From an uncultured delta proteobacterium (GTDB lineage Bacteria; Myxococcota_A; Polyangia; Palsa-1104), in contig CAWAWS010000033.1 of assembly GCA_963785725.1 (NCBI GenBank), positions 224,001 to 288,000 on the forward strand: a DNA stretch of 64,000 nucleotides, given 5' to 3'. Below, piece after piece: positions 59,734 through 64,000 of this stretch; within the stretch, counting starts at the first letter, position 1; each line of letters opens with the position of its first letter. The notes below the pieces were generated by a model that saw only the letters and a list, made by a program, of their open reading frames with translations, searched no databases and was not told the origin of the DNA. The translations under genes were made by a program, and so were the position numbers.

Positions 59734-61851
59734 TTACTTCAGCTGCTCGATGGTCTCGGCGATCGTCGTGCCGAAGCAGGCCACGGCCGGCGACGGATGG
59801 TGCTGCTGCGCCAAGCGCAGGCGATCGAGCTTGATCAACGCGCCGCGCGCCCGCAGATAATGCTGGCGCCGAATCGTCTCGACCGCGGCCTTCTTCTGCG
59901 CGCACGTCTTGCCGATATCGAGCATCCGCAGCGCGGCCATCGCCAGCTCCGGCCGATCGGCGCCCGACACCGCCTCGATCAGCCGCGCCGTGTTCTCGAT
60001 CCGGCCCGGCTCGGCGGCGGCGCGAATGCAAGCGAGCAGCAACGGCGGCGTTTGCTCGACGCCGAACTGGTCGCGTAGGAACTGCTGCGCGCCGGCTTGG
60101 TCGGTCGTATCGAACACTTCGCAGGCGCTCTTGCGAAACGCCGCGTCGCTCTTGAGCCCGGGCATGACCGCGAACGCGCTGTCCCACTCGCGGATGGCGT
60201 CGCGTCGATAGTGAAACGGCTCGGCGTAGAGATCGCCCAAGCGCAGGTGCGCCCAGCCGTCGCTCTTCTCGATGGCGAGGCGATCGCGCAGCTGGCTCTT
60301 GGCCGCGTTGACCTTGCCCTCGCTGATGAGCTGATCGATCTGCTGCCGCCAGTCGCGCGCATCCGACGCGATCGGCGCGCGCTTGGCGCCGCGCGCGGCC
60401 GGCGCCGCTGGTGGAACGGTCGGTGGCGGCAACGCCGGCGCGGCGCGTGCCGTCGGCGCGGCCGGCTCCGGCGGATCGGGCAGCTCGGCCGCCTTATTGT
60501 CGGCCGCCTCCGCCGCCTCAGGCTGCGGCGACGGCGCCGCCTTCGCGACCGCCGGCGCCGACGTCGTCACCGGCGCGGACGTCGCGGTAGTCGGCGCCGG
60601 CTCCGACGCGGCGCGCGCGGGCTCGGTCGCGGCGCGCGCAGGCTCGGTCGCCGCTCGCGCCGGCTCGGTCGCCGCCGGCACAGACGTCGTCGCAGCAGGC
60701 GCAGGCGCGGGCGGCGCGGGCGGCGTCGCGACCGGCCTGCGCACGGCCGGCGGACGCGCCGCGGGCAGGCTCGCGTGTGCGCCGGCCGACGGCGGCGCCG
60801 CCGGACCCGCCCACCGCTCGTACGCGCCCAGCGCCTGCGTCCGCAGCCGCAGATAATGGACGCGCGCCCACAACGCACCCGTCGCGCCCAGCGCGATGCA
60901 GGCCGCCGCCGCGATGGTCATGAGCCGCCAGCGCCAACGCCGCGACCCGCGATCGCGCACGACCGTCGGCGTCAGCGTCTCCTGCCCTTCCTGCGTATCG
61001 TCGAGCGCCGTCAGAAACTCGGTCGCGCTCTGGAAGCGATCGGCGGGCCGCTTCTCGAGCGCACGCAAGATCACGCGCTCGAGCCCCTCGCTGATGCGCT
61101 TGCCGGGCGCGGCGCGGCGCGGCGGCGGCGGCGCGTCGTCGACCTGCATGCGCAAGAGCGCCGTCGTATCGCTGGCGACGAACGGCCGCTTGCCGGTGCA
61201 CAACACATAGAGCACGACGCCCGCCGAGTAGACGTCGCTGCGCTGATCGGTCTTCTTGCCCTCGGCCTGCTCGGGCGACATGTAGCTCGGCGTGCCCGCG
61301 ACCATGCCGTCGGTCAGCGACAGCTCCTCGTTGACGCCGCTGATGCGCGCCAGCCCGAAGTCGAGCAGCTTGACCAGGTTCTCGGTGCCCGTCATTTCGA
61401 CGAGCATGATGTTGCTCAGCTTCAGGTCGCGATGGATGACGCCGCGCGAGTGCGCGTGCTGCAAGCCGAGCAGCACCTGACGCAAGAGCGCCACCGCGCG
61501 ATTCGGCATCAGCGTCGCCGGGTCGAGCTCGGTCAGCTGCCGCCCTTGCACGAACTCCATGACGATGTACGGCTGCCGTCGATAGACCCCGAAATCGAGG
61601 ATCGAGATGCAGTGGACGTGATGCAGCCGGCTGATGGCCTTCGCCTCGCGCTCGAACCGCGCCACCGCCGCCTTCGACTCCGCCACCGATTGATGCAGGA
61701 ACTTGAGCGCGACCTGCTTGCCGAGCCCGATGCGCTCGGCGCGATAGACGATGCCCATCCCGCCCGCGCCCAGCTGATCGATCACCTGCCAGCGCCGATC
61801 GATGACCGCGCCGATCAGCGGATCTCCCTTTTTGCTCGACTTCTTGGCCAT
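59734..61851 (-). CDS. Ser/Thr kinase with TM, Pro/Ala-rich linker and helical-repeat C-terminal domain
   Basis: GAGGMGIVY, VALK, HRDLKLSN, DFG, GTPSYMSPEQ, DVYSAG. Confidence 0.92.
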   Translation of the reverse strand: MAKKSSKKGDPLIGAVIDRRWQVIDQLGAGGMGIVYRAERIGLGKQVALKFLHQSVAESKAAVARFEREAKAISRLHHVHCISILDFGVYRRQPYIVMEFVQGRQLTELDPATLMPNRAVALLRQVLLGLQHAHSRGVIHRDLKLSNIMLVEMTGTENLVKLLDFGLARISGVNEELSLTDGMVAGTPSYMSPEQAEGKKTDQRSDVYSAGVVLYVLCTGKRPFVASDTTALLRMQVDDAPPPPRRAAPGKRISEGLERVILRALEKRPADRFQSATEFLTALDDTQEGQETLTPTVVRDRGSRRWRWRLMTIAAAACIALGATGALWARVHYLRLRTQALGAYERWAGPAAPPSAGAHASLPAARPPAVRRPVATPPAPPAPAPAATTSVPAATEPARAATEPARAATEPARAASEPAPTTATSAPVTTSAPAVAKAAPSPQPEAAEAADNKAAELPDPPEPAAPTARAAPALPPPTVPPAAPAARGAKRAPIASDARDWRQQIDQLISEGKVNAAKSQLRDRLAIEKSDGWAHLRLGDLYAEPFHYRRDAIREWDSAFAVMPGLKSDAAFRKSACEVFDTTDQAGAQQFLRDQFGVEQTPPLLLACIRAAAEPGRIENTARLIEAVSGADRPELAMAALRMLDIGKTCAQKKAAVETIRRQHYLRARGALIKLDRLRLAQQHHPSPAVACFGTTIAETIEQLK
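60592..60676 (-). repeat. 21-nt tandem coding repeat (AATEPAR x3 plus AASEPAP) in the kinase linker
   Basis: ggctcggtcgc core repeated at 21-nt spacing with synonymous variation. Confidence 0.8.
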
Positions 61852-62099
61852 CTTGAACGTTCGGAGTATAGCAGCGATGCTGCGGTCGCTCGGCCAATCG
61901 CATTGCCACGCTGAGACCGCCCGTCTATAGTTCTGGTACCTCGCCACAGTGATTTTGATGGGTCCCCGGCGAGGATTCGGCGTTCAGGGCGAGGCGCGAC
62001 GACGAAGGAATACTGTCTGTATTTCGAGGAGCAGCAACGAAGCCATGGACGTCGATGACCGGCGCGGACCGGTCGAAATCACGGTGGTGAGGTACTAGG

Positions 62100-63239
62100 T
62101 TGGCGAAACACCGCGCATCGCAACGGGCGGGCAGCATCCGGTCGCACTTCGCAGCGCTCGTTCGCGGGCTCGGCGTGCTGGTCTGGGACGCGCTCGTGCG
62201 CGCGGCGGAGCGGATTCGCGATGCCGCCGCGCTCGGCCCGCGCGCGTTCCTGCGCCGGACGGTCGTGCTGCTGGCGCGCATCGCCGGCTACGTGGTCGCG
62301 ACGGCGCTCGCCTTCGTGTTGGTCACGGCGGTGATCGCGGCCCACTGGCCGGGCGGCTTGGCGCGCGTGCTCTTGTGCGCGCTCGGCCTCGTGGTCGTGC
62401 CGCTGGCGCTCTGTCAGCTGCCGTTTTTGCGCGCGCGTCGCGGCGTCGCGACCGCTTGGAGCGTGCTCGCCGTCGTCGCGCTCGTCGCGACCGGCGGCCG
62501 CAGCGTCGGCGGCGCCATCCGCCGCCACGGTGACTGGTTCCTCCGGCAGCGCACCGACGACCGCGCGGTCGTGATGCGCAAGCTCATCGGCGGCACCGGC
62601 ATCCTGCTCGAGTGGTTCAATCCGCCGGCGGAGATGCAGAGCCACGAGCTGTCGCCCGAGCTGGAGGCGCGCTTCTTCGGTCCGTGGCGCGAAGGCGCAG
62701 CGCCCTACTCGCACGAGCCGGTTTGGGTGCGCTGGTATCATCCGCTGCCGGGCCTTGCGCGCGGGCTGCCGGCGTTCGAGTCGCGCCGCTTCGGCGCCAT
62801 TCGTCCGCAGCCGCGACCGTGGGAGTGCGAGCTCGGCCACTGCGGCGTCGATCTGGCCGCGCCGACGGGCGAGCTGGTCGTCGCGGTCGCCGACGGCATC
62901 GTCGAGCGCGTCGAGCGCGACGCCGCCGCCGGCGAGCGCGCCGGCCGCTACGTGCGCCTGTCCCATTGCGACGGCAGCGTCGTGACGCGCTACATCCACC
63001 TCGACACCATCCGCAAGGAGCTGCGGCCCGGGCGCCACATCGCCGCCGGCGAGCCGCTCGGCACCGTCGGGCGCACGGGCGTGGTCGAGAACTTCCCGCA
63101 TCTGCACTTCGGGCTGTCGCTGCGAGCGGCGAACGGCAGCGAGCGCTACGTCGACCCCGAGCCGTTCCTGCGTCTGTGGGAGCTCGAGTCGGAGACGCCG
63201 AAGCTGCGCTTGCCGCCGGCGATGATCGCGCAGCGCTGA
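62100..63239 (+). CDS. Membrane-anchored M23 family zinc metallopeptidase
   Basis: Three TM helices; HCGVDL (HxxxD), GRYVRLSH, Y.HL, G.VG.TG, PHLHF. Confidence 0.9.
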   Translation: MAKHRASQRAGSIRSHFAALVRGLGVLVWDALVRAAERIRDAAALGPRAFLRRTVVLLARIAGYVVATALAFVLVTAVIAAHWPGGLARVLLCALGLVVVPLALCQLPFLRARRGVATAWSVLAVVALVATGGRSVGGAIRRHGDWFLRQRTDDRAVVMRKLIGGTGILLEWFNPPAEMQSHELSPELEARFFGPWREGAAPYSHEPVWVRWYHPLPGLARGLPAFESRRFGAIRPQPRPWECELGHCGVDLAAPTGELVVAVADGIVERVERDAAAGERAGRYVRLSHCDGSVVTRYIHLDTIRKELRPGRHIAAGEPLGTVGRTGVVENFPHLHFGLSLRAANGSERYVDPEPFLRLWELESETPKLRLPPAMIAQR

Positions 63240-63397
63240 CGCATTCGTAGCGCGACGAACGGCGCTGCGACGCGACTGTCGATTCGTGGGCGGTGCGACT
63301 CGCGACTAAGAAGGAAGGAGCGTGCCGGTTATCGCTGCTGCGGCGGTCGCCGCGCGGTCATTGGCGTTGACTCAGCAATAAGCCGCGTAGCAAAATA

Positions 63398-63466
63398 AAC
63401 CGAAGGTCAGTGGCGCCGGCGCTGCGAAATCCCCCCTTCACAGCGCCGGCGTCGCTGGTCTCGGTT
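63398..63466 (+). ncRNA. Candidate small RNA or structured leader: about 30-bp hairpin with AUCCCCCC loop
   Basis: 63405-63428 pairs with 63437-63460 (one mismatch, four G-U pairs); extended by AACCGA/TCGGTT; promoter-like sequence at 63361-63396. Confidence 0.45.
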
Positions 63467-63536
63467 GCCCACATCGTAGCGATTTTCGGGTGCGATTCGC
63501 AATACGGGGAAACCCTAGGTACTAGGACAAGCGCTC

Positions 63537-64000
63537 ATGAGCGTCACTGATCGCGTCTACTGGCTCGCGGCCCAGCAAGTGCTCGTGACGGCACGGCTGG
63601 CCAACATCGACGACGGGCTCATCACCCGCGGCCTCGGCTGCGAAGCGTCGACGATGGCGGCCAAGCGCTGGATCCCCTGGGACGCCTACTGCACCATGCT
63701 CGAGCGCGTCGAAGCGGCGTGCGGCGGCCCCGAGGCGCTCGAGCAGCTCTGCGCCCAGCACGTGGCGTTCAACGAAGTCAGGGCGCTCGCCGGCGCGTTT
63801 CTCGGCCCGGCGCAGCTCTACGCGTTCATCTTTCGCGTCTTGGATCCGTTCTGCTTTCCCTGCGTTCGCTTCGGCTACGGCGAGCTCGGCGACGGGCGCT
63901 TGCAGATCGACATCGAGGTGCAGCCGACGGTGCGCGGCTCCATGCAGCTCATGCGCGGCACCGTGGGCGCGCTGCGCGCCGTGCCGACCCATCTCGGGCT
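63537..64000 (+). CDS. Partial CDS running off the window end; N-terminal domain of a probable regulator or sensor
   Basis: Open frame from ATG 63537 (MSVTDRVYWLAAQQ...RWIPWDAYCTMLERVE...GALRAVPTHLG); absent from the ORF track because it has no stop in the window. Confidence 0.65.
   Translation, partial: MSVTDRVYWLAAQQVLVTARLANIDDGLITRGLGCEASTMAAKRWIPWDAYCTMLERVEAACGGPEALEQLCAQHVAFNEVRALAGAFLGPAQLYAFIFRVLDPFCFPCVRFGYGELGDGRLQIDIEVQPTVRGSMQLMRGTVGALRAVPTHLG

Noticed and set aside
60592..60676. Short tandem repeats considered as a CRISPR array
   Set aside because: In-frame 21-nt coding repeats without spacers; no cas genes in the window
63323..63382. 19-codon GTG ORF behind AAGGAAGGAG
   Set aside because: Too short, no informative composition, and it overlaps the promoter-like sequence of the hairpin; cannot be supported

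Overview
High-GC bacterial chromosomal window. Myxococcota origin is inferred from six Hanks-type Ser/Thr kinases with different sensor domains, a Myxococcales-type sigma-70, a TonB-C/TBDT fusion and Cys-rich lipoproteins. No rRNA, tRNA, CRISPR array or intact mobile element was seen. Clear content: cobalamin riboswitch in front of class Ia nrdAB, aqpZ, a YtcA/HlyD/FUSC/TolC efflux set, Fur, TetR, HxlR and XRE regulators, two lipid di-iron enzymes, and S53 and M23 peptidases. Several genes are split by single-base insertions that look like long-read consensus errors, worst at 22.1-25.3 kb. Top candidate system (30.9-36.0 kb): a His-rich leader ORF ending in an RGPP ribosome-arrest motif whose Pro-Pro codons are complementary to the Shine-Dalgarno of a downstream TonB-fused TonB-dependent receptor, divergent from a cysteine-free SCO protein. 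This suggests a CruR-like metal-sensing uptake switch with His ligands. Other leads: an orphan double-glycine RiPP precursor behind a kinase-WD40 gene, an ethylene-receptor-like histidine kinase with natural D25N/P36S substitutions, a candidate sRNA hairpin with a C-rich loop, and identical 13-bp inverted sites flanking the Fur gene. All family calls come from motif recognition by eye; no database search was run.
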